This document shows, in pieces, positions 10,151-22,300 of a DNA stretch of 64,000 nucleotides (position 1 is its first letter; each line of letters opens with the position of its first letter). Position numbers and translations under genes: made by a program. Source of the DNA: Paramoeba atlantica (Eukaryota > Protista > Discosea); NCBI GenBank assembly GCA_977017575.1, contig CDRNVI010000073.1, positions 1-64,000 of the forward strand. The letters are read 5' to 3'. The notes beneath the pieces are model-generated. The model was not told the DNA's origin. It ran no database searches and worked only from the letters and a program-made list of their open reading frames with translations.

Positions 10151-10880
10151 TTTTCTTCCCCCTCGGCTTAATAAAAGCGCGCGTACCTCTTCGAACGACC
10201 TAGGCATCACGTTAGTGAGGGAGCGACAAAAGGAAAGCAACATTTCAAAAACTCAAGAAACACTCAGACCATATGGTGTCGAAAAATTCTCCAAGTATTT
10301 TCGCCCGTTGAAACAGCTTCGCTTCAGCGGGTGCGGCCGGGTGCGCCAAGTAATCGTAATTTCGCCGGTCCACCCCTCTAATTACAATTTTAGTTAATAA
10401 AGCTGTATCCGTTTCTCCACTTCTTTTTTTTTGCTGTCTAATATCTCAACTTGCTTTCCTTTCTCATATTAGTTGTACTCGTCTTACTTGCACTTCTTTC
10501 CCGTGCTTCTCACGCCTACCTCTTCAATCTATGAAATTACCCGAGTCTGCTGATCAGTGAACTATTTTGTAGTCTTTTCTTGTAACGAAACCTATCTTGT
10601 GCTTTTCTTAAAAACAAAAAAAAATTACAAACTAATTGCCGCAGCAAAATTATAATATTAAACATGCCCACTCTCAGTCTTCCTTAAAATCCAAGCACTG
10701 AAGACGTTTTTCAGAACAATACTAGTCCTGACAACAAGGAGCCATAAGGCCTAGTAACTTAGCCCACCAAAAATAAGAGTAACTATAAGAAATAATGATA
10801 CTAACACTTTATTCGCGATGTATGAAAAAAAGGAGATTTAGGTTTGTAATTCAAAAGGAATATACGGAAGTCTATCTTGA

Positions 10881-11580
10881 ATTGCGGTGGTTGTAAAACT
10901 ACCGCTCTACACTCGATTATTGAAAACAAAGTGAACAAAAACAGTGAAAATATAAAGAGGAACACAGTAATATAATAGAAGAAAAAATATAAAGGGGGGC
11001 CCCGGTGGTCCAAAACTGAAAAAACATATCAAAAAAATGGGGGGTCCACGGGGGGGGCATACGTCGCGAAATTTTTTTTCGAATTTTTTGCTTTGCAAAA
11101 TCGAGCGCAGGGAAGTGGTAGAGTAGGCCGCGGCGATAATTTTCCACCCCCCCCTGTGGGTACCCCCCCTGGTACGCGCAGGAGGGGTCCGACAAGGTCA
11201 AAATTTCCGAAATTTTTAGGGTGACCAAAAAAAACAATTTGATCCAAAAAAAGGAAAAATATTATTTTTCCACAATCGACTCCTAAATCGTATTTTAAGA
11301 GTTTGGGACCTCAGCTACTAATCTACGGCGTTTTTTGCGACAGATTCGACTCCTGCCCCTACTGGTAAGGCATCCAAAACGGCCCAAATTCGGTGTAAAA
11401 TTTCGCAATGTTTGCCGAAAAATCGAGCTTTTACCCCCAAAAAAGTAGATTATTCTTCATCTTTTTGCGATTTTCTTTTTTAGGCTCTTCGTTAAACGCG
11501 GTGGTAGTTTTCAACGCGAAGCGCGCAGCATGAGTGACTTCTAAGTTGAAAACAACCACCGCGTTTAACGAAGAGCCTAA
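10881..11580 (-). mobile_element. Hairpin-ended non-autonomous element (Helentron/Helitron2-like), full copy, subfamily A
   Basis: One end is the 101-bp imperfect palindrome 11480-11580 (TTAGGCTCTTCGTTAAACGCGG...CCGCGTTTAACGAAGAGCCTAA). The other is the short hairpin GCGGTAGTT-TTAC-AACCACCGC-AAT. The repeat is directly seen; the family assignment is inferred. Confidence 0.75.
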
Positions 11581-11611
11581 TAATGTCTTATCAGAAACAT
11601 TTATTTCTTTT

Positions 11612-12416
11612 TTAGGCTCTTCGTTAAACGCGGTGGTTGCTTTCAACTTAGAAGTCACTCATGCTGCGCGCTTCGCGTTGAAAACTACCGCCGCGTTTAA
11701 CGAAGAGCCTAAAAAAGAAATTTTAGCCTGGAAAACGGAAAGACTATAGCCAAAAATAGCCGAATTTCGGGTACAAATGGGGTCATTTTCGCATATTTTT
11801 GCCCTCAGAGCACTAAATCCGACATTTGCGCGTGGGAAATCACTCGCAGGCATGAATGAAAGCCTACCGAACGTATTGTGTAGAGAATGCGACTCCAACC
11901 ATACCATTCTTTCGACACAAAAATCCCCCTTTAGATCCGAAAAATACTTTTTCACCTTTTTTAGTCAAAAATGGGTCATTTTGAGGGGCGCACCACAGTT
12001 CGAAGAAGTGATACCTTGCGAAAACAACTGCGTAGAAAGCTAGTGTAGGTCCCAAACTATCAAAATACAATAGGGGGAAACGATTTTGGAAAAATATTTT
12101 TTTTGTCATATTTTTCGCCAAGTTGAAATTTTTTTCAAAATTTTTTTTCCGAAAAAATCCGAACTTGGCGGACCCGTCCTGCGGATACGCGGGGGGGTCA
12201 CCCCCGGGTAGGGGGGTGGAAAATGCGCACCAAGACCCCGGCTACCCTTTCTGCGGTTTTTTTTCGAAAACTAATTTTTTCGAAAAAATTTGCTCGACCA
12301 TGCCCCCCCCCCTGGACCCCCCCCCTGGACCCCCCCCCTGGACCCCCCCCATGGACCCCCCATTTTTTTCAATTTTTTTTTTCAGTTTTGGACCACCGGA
12401 GCCCCCTTTTATAATT
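11612..12416 (+). mobile_element. Hairpin-ended element, subfamily B, 3'-truncated by the next copy
   Basis: Same 5' palindrome as copy A but a different internal body; near-identical to 12417-13195. Confidence 0.75.
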
Positions 12417-13418
12417 TTAGGCTCTTCGTTAAACGCGGTGGTTGCTTTCAACTTAGAAGTCACTCATGCTGAGCGCTTCGCGTTGAAAACTACCGCCGCG
12501 TTTAACGAAGAGCCTAAAAAATAAAATTTAGCCTGGAAAAAGATTTTTATTAGCCAAAAAATAGCCGAATTTCGGGTACAAATGGGGTCATTTTCGCATA
12601 TTTTTGCTCTCAGAGCACTAAATCCGACATTTGCGCATGGGAAATCACTCGCAGGCATGAATGAAAGCCTACCGAACGTATTGGGTAGAGAATGCGACTC
12701 CAACCATACCATTCTTTCGACACAAAAATGCCCCTTTAGGTCCGAAAAATACTTTTTCACCTTTTTTAGTCAAAAATGGGTCATTTTGAGGGGCGCACCA
12801 CGGTTCGAAGAAGTGATACCTTGCGAAAACAACTGCGTAGAAAGCTAGTGTAGGTCCCAAACTATCAAAATACAATAGGGGAAACGATTTTGGAAAATAT
12901 TTTTTTTGTCATATTTTTCGCCAAGTTGAAATTTTTTCAAAATTTTTTTTCCGAAAAAATCCGAACTTGGCGGACCCGTCCTGCGGATACGCGGGGGGGT
13001 CACCCCCGGGTAGGGGGGTGGAAAATGCGCACCAAGACCCCGGCTACCCTTTCTGCGGTTTTTTTTCGAAACTAATTTTTTCGAAAAAATTTGATCGACC
13101 ATGCCCCCCCCCCCTGGACCCCCCCCCTGGACCCCCCCCATGGACCCCCCATTTTTTTCAAAATTTTTTTCAGTTTTGGACCACCGGAGCCCCCTTTTAT
13201 ATTTTTTTCTTCTATTATATTACTGTGTTCCTCTTTATATTTTCACTGTTTTTGTTCACTTTTTTTTCAATAATCGAGTGTAGAGCGGTAGTTTTACAAC
13301 CACCGCAATTTTTTTCTTCTATTATATTTACTGTGTTCCCCTTTATATTTTCACTGTTTTTGTTCACTTTTTTTTTCAATAATCGAGTGTAGAGCGGTAG
13401 TTTTACAACCACCGCAAT
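12417..13418 (+). mobile_element. Hairpin-ended element, subfamily B, full copy with a tandemly duplicated 3' end
   Basis: 5' palindrome starts at 12417; 3' hairpin ends at 13309; the last ~109 bp are repeated at 13310-13418. Confidence 0.78.
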
Positions 13419-13419
13419 T

Positions 13420-13947
13420 GCTTTTTATCTGCAGATCGGTCTTTTGCGTCGATTGAGGGACAATCTGATTTGTGATGACCTGCACCGCGACAACCGTAAC
13501 ACAGAAACGGACGACCACGTTCTTCAAAGCCGCGCGACGAAGTGCGCCGCGGAACATTGTCTGCAAAGCATTGAACTTCTTGTTTCTGCCGCCTTATCTC
13601 GCTGGGCATCACGGTTACTGGATTTCCTTGACCAAGACTTCTCTCCCTGGCTTCTTGATTGTTTCCTGATTTATCATGTAGTGGAAGCTTCTCGCTCGGC
13701 TTTGCACCCTTCTGGAGAACGCGGATACGATGCTCTCCTGGGCGATACCGCCCTGTCCTTTCGCTGTCTTTAAACGTAGAAACAATGACGCCAATGGCTT
13801 GAAAAGTTCTGCGTTACTCATCCCCACATTCGAATCACGGTTCATTACGGTATAGCACCGCTCGCACTGCTTGTGGAAGCTTTTACTAGGTCGAAAACGA
13901 CGTCTGCAATCACGACAATTCCGCTTGGGAATTCCCCAAGCGGACAT
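13420..13947 (-). pseudogene. Gag-like fragment with CCHC zinc knuckle
   Basis: CYGCRGAGHHKSDC (C-X2-C-X4-H-X4-C) at 13460-13501; upstream frame has CRDC...CERC; frames broken near 13615. Confidence 0.55.
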
Positions 13948-13956
13948 TTAATAGGA

Positions 13957-14516
13957 ATTTCGGTGGTTGTAAAACTGCCGCTCTACCCTCAATTATTGAA
14001 AAAAAAAAGTGAACAAAAACAGTGAAAATATAAAGGGGAACACAGTAATATAATAGAAGAAAAAAATATAAAAGGGGGCTCCGATGGTCCAAAACTGAAA
14101 AAATTGAAAAAAATGGGGGGTCCAGGGGGGGCTCCAGGGGGGGGGTCATGGTCGAGCAATTTTTTTCGAAAAAATTAGTTTTCGAAAAAAAAAACGCAGA
14201 AAGGGTAGCCGGGGTCTTGGCGCACATTTTCCACCCCCCTACCCGGGGGTGACCCCCCGCGTATCCGCAGGACGGGTCCGCCAAGTTCGGATTTTTTCGG
14301 AAATGTCGGATTTAGTGCTCTGACAGCAAAAATACGCGAAAATCACCCCATTTTTACCCGAAATTCGGCTATTTTTGGCTATAATCTTTCCGTTTTCCAG
14401 GCTAAATTTTCTTTTTTAGGCTCTTCGTTAAACGCGGCGGTAGTTTTCAACGCGAAGCGCGCAGCATGAGTGACTTCTAATTTGAAAACAACCACCGCGT
14501 TTAACAAAGAGCCTAA
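13957..14516 (-). mobile_element. Hairpin-ended element, subfamily B, internally deleted
   Basis: Both termini present (short hairpin at ~13957, long palindrome ending at 14516); body shorter than copy 12417-13309. Confidence 0.72.
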
Positions 14517-15050
14517 AAAGGAAATATAAATATTAAGTAACACAACAAATAGTCAACAATTTATATACATTGTATATGTACATTGTATATAAATTATAGT
14601 GCTTAGAACGACTTTTAATGGAAATTTGGTCGAAGAGAACATTTGTTTTGAAAAAGCGTATTTTTGGGTACAGTTTGAGTGCAGGTGACCCAAAGATTTT
14701 TTTTCTACATATTTTCTATTTCTTGTCAACGTTCAACGTCAAAATCAACGCGAAAATGAGAATAGAAATAAAACAAATCCTTTCAATGTTCAATTACGGG
14801 TTCTGAGAATAGTGACGAAGTGTAAAGTGGAACACTGTACTCCGCCTTTCATGTCCACCCACATGTCGTATACTCCCCCTTTCATAATTCTTTATAAGTC
14901 CGAGCCCAAGATGATTCATCGTTTTATATAAATTTATATAAAACTTGAAGGCGATTGCAAAACACTAAAAGAGCAGGATAAAAAACGGAGCCCGCGTATT
15001 TCTCATCCTTGATGGATTGATTCGCGTATCAAGAATATACATTTTAATAT

Positions 15051-15738
15051 CATGGTTGAGCAATTTTTTTTTTAAAAAATTAGTTTTCGAAAAAAAACCG
15101 CAGAAAGTGTAGCCGGGGTCTTGGCGCGTATTTTCCACCCCCCTACCCGGGGGTGACCCCCCCGCGTATCCGCAGGACGGGTCCGCCAAGTTTGGATTCT
15201 TTCGGAAAATTTTTTTGCAAAAAAATTCAACTTGGCGAAAAAAATGGTAAAAAAAGCATATTTTCCCAAAATCGTTTCACCTATTGTATTTTGAGAGTTT
15301 GGGACCTACACTAGCTTTCTACGCCGTTGTTTCGCAAGATATCACTTCTTGGAGGCGTGGTACGCCTCCCAAAATGGCCCGTTTTTGACCACCAAATGCG
15401 AAAAAAGTAATTTTCGAACCCAAAGGGGTCTTTTCGTGTGGTAACAATGGTGTGGTTGGATTCGCATTATCTACCCATTACGTTCCGTAGCCTTGAATGC
15501 ATGCCTACGAGGGATTTCCCGCACACTAATGTCGAATTCAGTGCTCGATACGATAAAATGGCCCTATTTTTTCCTAAAAATTGGTTATTTTTGACTCAAA
15601 TCCTTCCGGTTTCTTCGGCTTTCCTGGCCAAGTTTTTTTAGGTTCTTCGTTCAACGCGTTGGTAGTTTTCAACGCGAAGCGCGCAGCATGAGTGAATCCT
15701 AAGTTGAAAACAACCACCGCGTTTAACGAAGAACCTAA
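15051..15738 (-). mobile_element. Hairpin-ended element, subfamily B, 3'-truncated
   Basis: Long palindrome ~15639-15738 plus B-type body (GGACGGGTCCGCCAAG etc.). Confidence 0.7.
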
Positions 15739-15824
15739 TATAATTAAACATTCAATAATATTAGTCGGCAGTATATCTTAACAATTTCAACAGTCACCTC
15801 ACAGATTTCTATGAATTATTATTC

Positions 15825-16445
15825 ATGCTTCTGCTTCTTGCACTTCACACATCGGATACACAATCGACACATGCTGTACATCGAGGAAAGGTTACCGGAG
15901 CTTCACTACCAGTGGAATTTGATTTAATGCGACTCACACAGAATGTTGAGAATCCCGACACTACATGGAGTACGAATACAACAGCGTGTATGTGGCGGGG
16001 GATAGCGTGCAATACGGCTGATGAGGTGATCACTATTGACTGGATAAACTTCAAGCTCCGCGGTGAGCTTCACCTGAAATATTTTCCCGTGACTTTGAAG
16101 AGGCTCTATATCCATCATAATATTTTTTCAGGAGATTTTTCCTTCGAAATATTACCTCCAGTACTCGTATCTATGATAATAGCGGGTAACAATTTCAACG
16201 GCACTCCAAATTTTTGTAGCCTGCCTCCTATGCTAGAATATCTTTCGATGAGTAATAATAAATTTGAAGGTCGCGTTGATTTTTCTTCCCTTCCTTTAAC
16301 CTTGAACGAAATGTATCTGAACTCTAATCTGAAGTTGCAGGGAACTTTGGATGTTAGCGGAGTATTGAAGAATTTGTATTACAATGTTCAAGCGACACAA
16401 ATTAAGGTCAGTAGTGGAAACCTTTATCGCTTTAAATGGTCGTAG
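15825..16445 (+). CDS. Short leucine-rich repeat protein (LRR2)
   Basis: WSTNTTACMWRGIAC cap plus LRR repeats; clear paralog of LRR1. Confidence 0.9.
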   Translation: MLLLLALHTSDTQSTHAVHRGKVTGASLPVEFDLMRLTQNVENPDTTWSTNTTACMWRGIACNTADEVITIDWINFKLRGELHLKYFPVTLKRLYIHHNIFSGDFSFEILPPVLVSMIIAGNNFNGTPNFCSLPPMLEYLSMSNNKFEGRVDFSSLPLTLNEMYLNSNLKLQGTLDVSGVLKNLYYNVQATQIKVSSGNLYRFKWS

Positions 16446-16662
16446 TCGGGTTATATTGCACCCTCAGCCTAGTATTTCACTCCTTAGAGCTTTTGTGAAC
16501 TTTTAACATAAAATCCGGATTCTTGTTAAATAAGAACAAAAGATGTTTACTATCCTTCGTAAAATCTTTCCTAGTACGAAAGTTCTCTTTTCTTTAGAAA
16601 AGAACTTTTTTTTTCTTAAAAGGAACTTTCCTAAAGGGGGGTCTCGTCTATTATTAACAATT

Positions 16663-17212
16663 TTAGGCTCTTCGTTAAACGCGGTGGTTGTTTTCAACTT
16701 AGAAGTCACTCATGCTGCGCGCTTCGCGTTGAAAACTACCACCGCGTTTAACGAAGAACCTAAAAAATAAAAATCGCCAAAAGATCATCAACAATCTATT
16801 TTTTCGAGTGAAAAAGCTCTTTTTTCGGCGAAGATTGCGAAATTTTACACCGAATTTGGGCCGTTTTGGATGCCTTACCAGTAGGGGTAGAATGCGAATC
16901 TGTCGAAAGAAACGTCGTAGAATGGTAGCTGAGGTCCCAAACTCTCAAAATACGTTTTAGGGGTTGATTTTGGAAAAATATTGTTTTTACTTTTTTGGGA
17001 TCGAATTTTTTTTTTGGTCATTCCAAAAATTTCGGAAAATTTGACCTTGTCGGACCCCCCTGCGCGTACCAGGGGGGGTCACCCCCAAATATGGGGGTGG
17101 AAAATCATCGCCGCGGCCTACTCTACCACTTCCCTGCGCTCGATTTCGAAAATCAGGATTCTGAAAATTTCAAAAAACGACGTACATATACCCCCCCTGG
17201 ACCCCCCTTTTT
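16663..17212 (+). mobile_element. Hairpin-ended element, subfamily A, 3'-truncated
   Basis: Long palindrome from 16663, then A-type body. Confidence 0.7.
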
Positions 17213-17299
17213 TTGAATACTTTTTTATTAGAACGATTATCTATTTGAAGCGCTTATTTGTGAAATTGTGATGGCAAGTATCTAAGATAACAACTTTTA

Positions 17300-17398
17300 C
17301 TCCCCTCCAGGTTCACCAGTTTCACATCCATAAGTAATTATAATTATAAATTCAAAAAAATTATAATTTATACTTATAATTACTTATGGAGGGGGGAG
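17300..17398. mobile_element. Small Stowaway-like MITE
   Basis: TA-CTCCCCTCCA...TGGAGGGGGGAG-TA with inverted TAAGTAATTATAA blocks. Confidence 0.45.
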
Positions 17399-17548
17399 TA
17401 GGTACGCCGGCCCCTCACGGACGACCTACCCAGACCAAGCAAAATCTTCATCACAGGTTTAGTGTTTCCACGCGACGCTAGGATAAGCTCCGACTCGAAC
17501 GAACTTACAAAGCGCCCGCACCGCCCCTCTCTATAATTCTCTACAATT

Positions 17549-18130
17549 TCAATAAGGTATCTTCTCACCTTTATACTCAATAACCACTCCCAGTCGCTTT
17601 TGAAATGACGCATGGAGTTTGGCGCACTTCGTCCGACGCGAAGTAAGCATTACATGCTTCAATAATTTCTTGCCTGGTTCGTGCCGCTTTTTATTTTTGA
17701 AGCGCTTTACTGCGTCCCAAAGATTCTCTATCGGGTTGAGATCAGGGGAGTCCGCTGGCCAACGAAGAAAAGGTCCATCTTCCTCTGCTTGCAGTAAGCG
17801 TAGCACGGTAAGATCCCCGCGAGCTTCCCACCACTGCATCGTATCCTTCGCTCGATGCCCAGGGGCTCCATCATCCACAAGGACAGAATTACGGTCTTGG
17901 GCCCATGGCGAATAGGTTTTGTCTAATATTTCCTTGCGGTAATACAAACTTCCCAAGCCCTTGTTCGGTGGAATGGCTTCTGTTCCTCCTGATGCAATGT
18001 AGGAACAATAAAATTCTTCGAACGCGCACCAATGGTACGTGTAATTTCCGAATCTATCAAAAGCTCCCCACACCATAATTTGCGTTGGATGATGAGTGCG
18101 ATCCATAAAGACGGGAGCGTCAGGGTGCTG
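17549..18130 (-). pseudogene. Tc1/IS630-family DDE transposase, C-terminal remnant
   Basis: IMVWGAF, VLVDDGAPGH, WPADSPDLNPIENLW and a KGEKIPY C-terminus; first catalytic Asp region not found in frame. Confidence 0.88.
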
Positions 18131-19624
18131 CCATGCCTCTTGGTCTTTTTAGGACGCCCGCGCTTCACAGTTCTTTTCTCACTCGTTTCACTAGCGTTTG
18201 AAAAAATGTACTGTTTTTGAATTTTTCCGAGGACTTCCAACAAATGCTTTTCATGTAGTGCCTTGGAAGCACACTCTGCTTCTATGAGCCTATTTCGCTC
18301 TTCTAATTTCTTTTTAGTGTTGGCTGAAATGACGTTCTCTTCTCGCAAAGTTGCTAGGTTCTCTAGCGCAATAGCAAAATTTTTGCAGTTTTTTTCTTCG
18401 TTTCAAGACGTTTGATTTTGCTTGACAAACGTCGAATTTTTTTCACATCTGCATATTTTCTTTGTGTGTTATGTTGCGGAGCCTTGTGAACGTCAAGCGA
18501 CCCTCTTGCCACTGAAGTAGGGATTGGATCGATACTGTCCTCCCCCACGCGGGTTCCGACTGAAGTGGTGATAATCGGTTTATCGTAGTCGGACAGCTCA
18601 CCGACAGCAATCAGACCGGTGATTTCCTTTTCTACGCTGGTTGCAACTGATGTTGTAATTCTCGGGGTGTCGTACAGCCCGCAGTCAGAAACTTCATTCT
18701 GTGTAACCTGTGGGACATCATACCCGTCTGCATCAAGACACATGAGTTTTCCATTCAGAAGGCGGATTAGACCATCTTCTGGATGATATTATTATTATTG
18801 GTCAATTGGCGTACGAAATAAAGTCTTATAGAAAACAAAATGCGAAAATCTTGAAAAGTACGAAATGTGAACATAGAAAAATGGATAAAAATCACGTAAA
18901 TATATTCTAGCTGCGTTAATATGGAGATAATGAACGAAAACGCACCTTTCTAAGGTGCACAACGGACTTACATGTCGTATCGCGAAGGAATTAGTTAAAA
19001 AGCTCCCACGAGCCGCTCAATCAATTGCGGGCAGTAAATGTGAACGGGATGTATATTCGTTCATGGAAATGTTTTATGATTGTTGTTTGGATAGTAGTAT
19101 CTCGTGTGATGTCATGGAAGAAGAAAAAGCATTTTAGTCTAATTTATATTAAGATGTTAAGACATCTCAAACGGGGGGTTCAAATGAGGTGCATCATTCA
19201 ATCGAAATGCAACGTAATAACTCTATACAAAATACAGTTTTGGACAATGTACTGTTACAATCTTTTTGTTTCATGCACAGTGATAATCATACATATCTTT
19301 GGACGTTTTTGCTAAATATCAACAAACTACATAGTTTATGACACCGGTTGCGAGGGGTTTCACGGGGAGTGTCTTTATGTCGTATCGGTCCTTCTTTTCC
19401 CTGCCTTAATGTCCGGAACTGCTGCTCCACACTCTCAAAAGGCGCATGTAGTAATCGACGTAGTAATCAGTATTCGGTGTAGTAATCAGTAACCAAAATG
19501 TTGCGGTGGTTGTATAACTACCGCTCTACCCTCGATTATTGGACTCGACACTTTATTCGCGATGTATGAAAAAAAGGAGATTTAGGTTTGTAATTCAAAA
19601 GGAATATACGGAAGTCTATCTTGA

Positions 19625-20316
19625 ATTGCGGTGGTTGTAAAACTACCGCTCTACACTCGATTATTGAAAAAAAAGTGAACAAAAACAGTGAAAATATAAA
19701 GAGAAACACAGTAATATAATAGAAGAAAAAAATATAAAAGGGGGCCCCGGTGGTCCAAAACTGAAGAAAAAAACTCAGAAAAATGGGGGGTCCATGGGGG
19801 GGGGGCATACGTCGCGAAATTTTTTTCGAATTTTTTGCTTTTCAAAATCGAGCGCAGGGAAGTGGTAGAGTAGGCCGCGGCGATAATTTTCCACCCCCCC
19901 CCTGGTACGCGCAGGAGGGGTCCGACAAGGTCAAAATTTCCGAAATTTTTGGGGTGACCAAAAAAAGAATTGACCCACAAAAAAGGAAAAATATTATTTT
20001 TCCAAAACTCCTAAAACGTATTTTAAGAGTTTTGGACCTCAGCTAACATTCTACAACGTTTGTTTCGGCAGATTCGCTTCCTACCCCTAAGTAGTATGCC
20101 TAAGGCATCAAAAACGGCCCAAATTCGGTGTAAAATTTCGCAACTTTTGCCGGAAACTCGCGCATTTTCACCCAAAAAAGTAGATTATTCATCATCTTTT
20201 GGTGATTTTTCTTTTTTAGGCTCTTCGTTAAACGCGGTGGTAGTTTTCAACGCGAAGCGCGCAGCATGAGTGACTTCTAAGTTGAAAACAACCACCGCGT
20301 TTAACGAAGAGCCTAA
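19625..20316 (-). mobile_element. Hairpin-ended element, subfamily A, full copy; extra 3' terminus at 19501-19540
   Basis: Both termini present; closely similar to 10881-11580, including 77 bp of flank. Confidence 0.78.
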
Positions 20317-20363
20317 AAAATAGTAATTTAGTACCGATTAAACATCATGTAGTAATTTACTAC

Positions 20364-20545
20364 ATTGCGGTGGTTGTAAAACTACCGCTCTACACTCGAT
20401 TATTAAAAAGTGAACAAAAACATTGAAAATATAGAGAGGAACACAGTAATATAATAGAAGAAAAAAATATAAAAAGGGGCTCCGGTGGTCCAAAATTGAA
20501 AAAAATGGGGGGTCTAGGGGGGGGTCCATGGGGGGGTCTAGTTTT
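20364..20545 (-). mobile_element. Hairpin-ended element, 3'-terminal fragment
   Basis: ATTGCGGTGGTTGTAAAACTACCGCTCTACACTCGATTATT plus ~150 bp of shared subterminal sequence. Confidence 0.7.
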
Positions 20546-21148
20546 GACACAGGGGAGCTCGCTTCGTATTTCAGAAGATCCTATTGGTGGTCGGTTTTCT
20601 TCGTCCTCTTGAATAAAAGACAGAAAGCGCGAAGTTGACATGTTCATTTTGCTCGCGAGAAGTGGAAGTTGCGTTTGGAAGAACTTATCAGGGTCCTCGG
20701 AAGCGATTACCTGATTTACGGGTTTCCCTCCTTTGGGATGGATAACATTGGGCGATGGAGGGGGGGTCTATGAGTACTCACCGAACGTGGAGCCCCTTCG
20801 GTAAATAATTCATTGAACCGACAGTCGACCACAAAAAAATCCTTTTTGCGCCTTTCAAGCCGCGACAGTTGCGTCCTAGTTTACCTGTCTGAAGGCAACG
20901 CCCTACTGTGAGCGTTTTTAAGTGTGCGCCGCTGAATTTAATCTCGAAGGCATTGGCGATCGATTCCTTACATGAATAATTTATACGAAACAGATCGTAA
21001 AAAGCTAACACATCTTCTTCCGGCTAACCCGGTAGCCGAAATGCAGTACATCACGCGATAGTATTGTTATCTTTAATAAATCTTTATATAAATTATACAA
21101 ATTATTTCAACAATTCAGGTTGTTCGCTTCACATTTTCTAAACCTTAC

Positions 21149-22300
21149 ATGTCTCCTCTCCTGCGTCTCAATGTCGGGGGAAAATTCTTTACCACGCTAC
21201 GCAGCACCCTGGAGCGTAGCCCTGTGCTGCTGGACCAACTCGCCCACCTCCCCCGGGACCCTAGCAACCCCTCCGTACCTTTCCTCGACATGGACCCAGC
21301 TGTCTTTCGTTACGTGCTGCACTACTTGCGTACCGGCGACCGTGCCGCGCTTCGTCCTCGAACCCCGCTGTTGGCTTCTGGGGTTTACCACACCCTCGCG
21401 GCTTGGGAGATTTTACCGAAATGTATGAAAACAAGCCATGAAAAAACGAGCGAACAGCAGCCCCCGAATCGTCTCGTCGTACATCTCTGCGACCAGTTTC
21501 AACAAGATGTGGGGGTGAAACGACATGGGATTAGTATTTGCTACGGCTCCCCCGGGTTTGCGGTCTCGGCGCTCACCCGGAGGATTCGAAAAGAGCTTCG
21601 ATCACAGCTCGCGAGTACGTACTGGCAGATTCACAAAACCCACGAGCGGGCGGCGTTTTTCCAGTGTACAAAGATACCGACCGGAACTGCGGATTTGCTG
21701 CTCACGACGGTGACGCAGCAAGTGATTGAACATACCGAGTCCCAGGGGTACTCGCTGGATAATTCATACGTGACCATGACCCCGGATCCGGGACATTTAC
21801 AAATTCGTCTGATTCTGCATTGTTTGTTGTTTAAACGAGACTGCCCATTGGTACTCGGTGGAGGAAGGGAGGAGATGGAGGACATGAAGGCATCGAGTTT
21901 GTTGGAAACAACGTCAGCACAAGAAGAAGGGGTGGGTGGGGAAGCCAACCCGATTGAGGGGTGGAAATTGGATGATAATAAGGGGACAGAAGAAAACAAC
22001 AAAGAATATAGGGCAGGCAGTTCTGAAGCTGCAACGGGCAATGGCGCGCTGCATTCGGATTCCGAAAATATTTATGATGAAAATGGAAATGTCATTCATC
22101 CTGGATCGCTTCCGCTTCCAAGTGGTGCCCCGCAGTCCCCCAAATGGGCGACACTTGAATCAAAAGACGAAACAAAAGATGTTGTGAAAAAAGAAGGTAG
22201 CGGGATCACGGGTATTGCCCCCACTGACGTCGGTCATCAAATTGGGCCCATTCCTCCCAAGGTTATGTCCGATCGGTTGGAAGGCATTTGGCCGGAATGA
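21149..22300 (+). CDS. BTB/POZ (potassium-channel tetramerisation, KCTD-type) domain protein
   Basis: N-terminal LRLNVGGKFFTTLRSTL...FLDMDPAVFRYVLHYLRTG; disordered C-terminus. Confidence 0.85.
   Translation: MSPLLRLNVGGKFFTTLRSTLERSPVLLDQLAHLPRDPSNPSVPFLDMDPAVFRYVLHYLRTGDRAALRPRTPLLASGVYHTLAAWEILPKCMKTSHEKTSEQQPPNRLVVHLCDQFQQDVGVKRHGISICYGSPGFAVSALTRRIRKELRSQLASTYWQIHKTHERAAFFQCTKIPTGTADLLLTTVTQQVIEHTESQGYSLDNSYVTMTPDPGHLQIRLILHCLLFKRDCPLVLGGGREEMEDMKASSLLETTSAQEEGVGGEANPIEGWKLDDNKGTEENNKEYRAGSSEAATGNGALHSDSENIYDENGNVIHPGSLPLPSGAPQSPKWATLESKDETKDVVKKEGSGITGIAPTDVGHQIGPIPPKVMSDRLEGIWPE

Noticed and set aside
11480-16762. Palindromes as integron attC sites with LRR genes as cassettes
   Set aside because: The GTTAAAC...GTTTAAC order is opposite to attC (RYYYAAC...GTTRRRY), the hairpins are attached to 550-900-bp bodies, most LRR genes lack them, and no IntI gene is present.
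10801-20316. Many 60-140-aa ORFs overlapping the hairpin elements and minisatellites
   Set aside because: They are F/K/P/G-rich translations of repeats and recur with inconsistent frames between copies.
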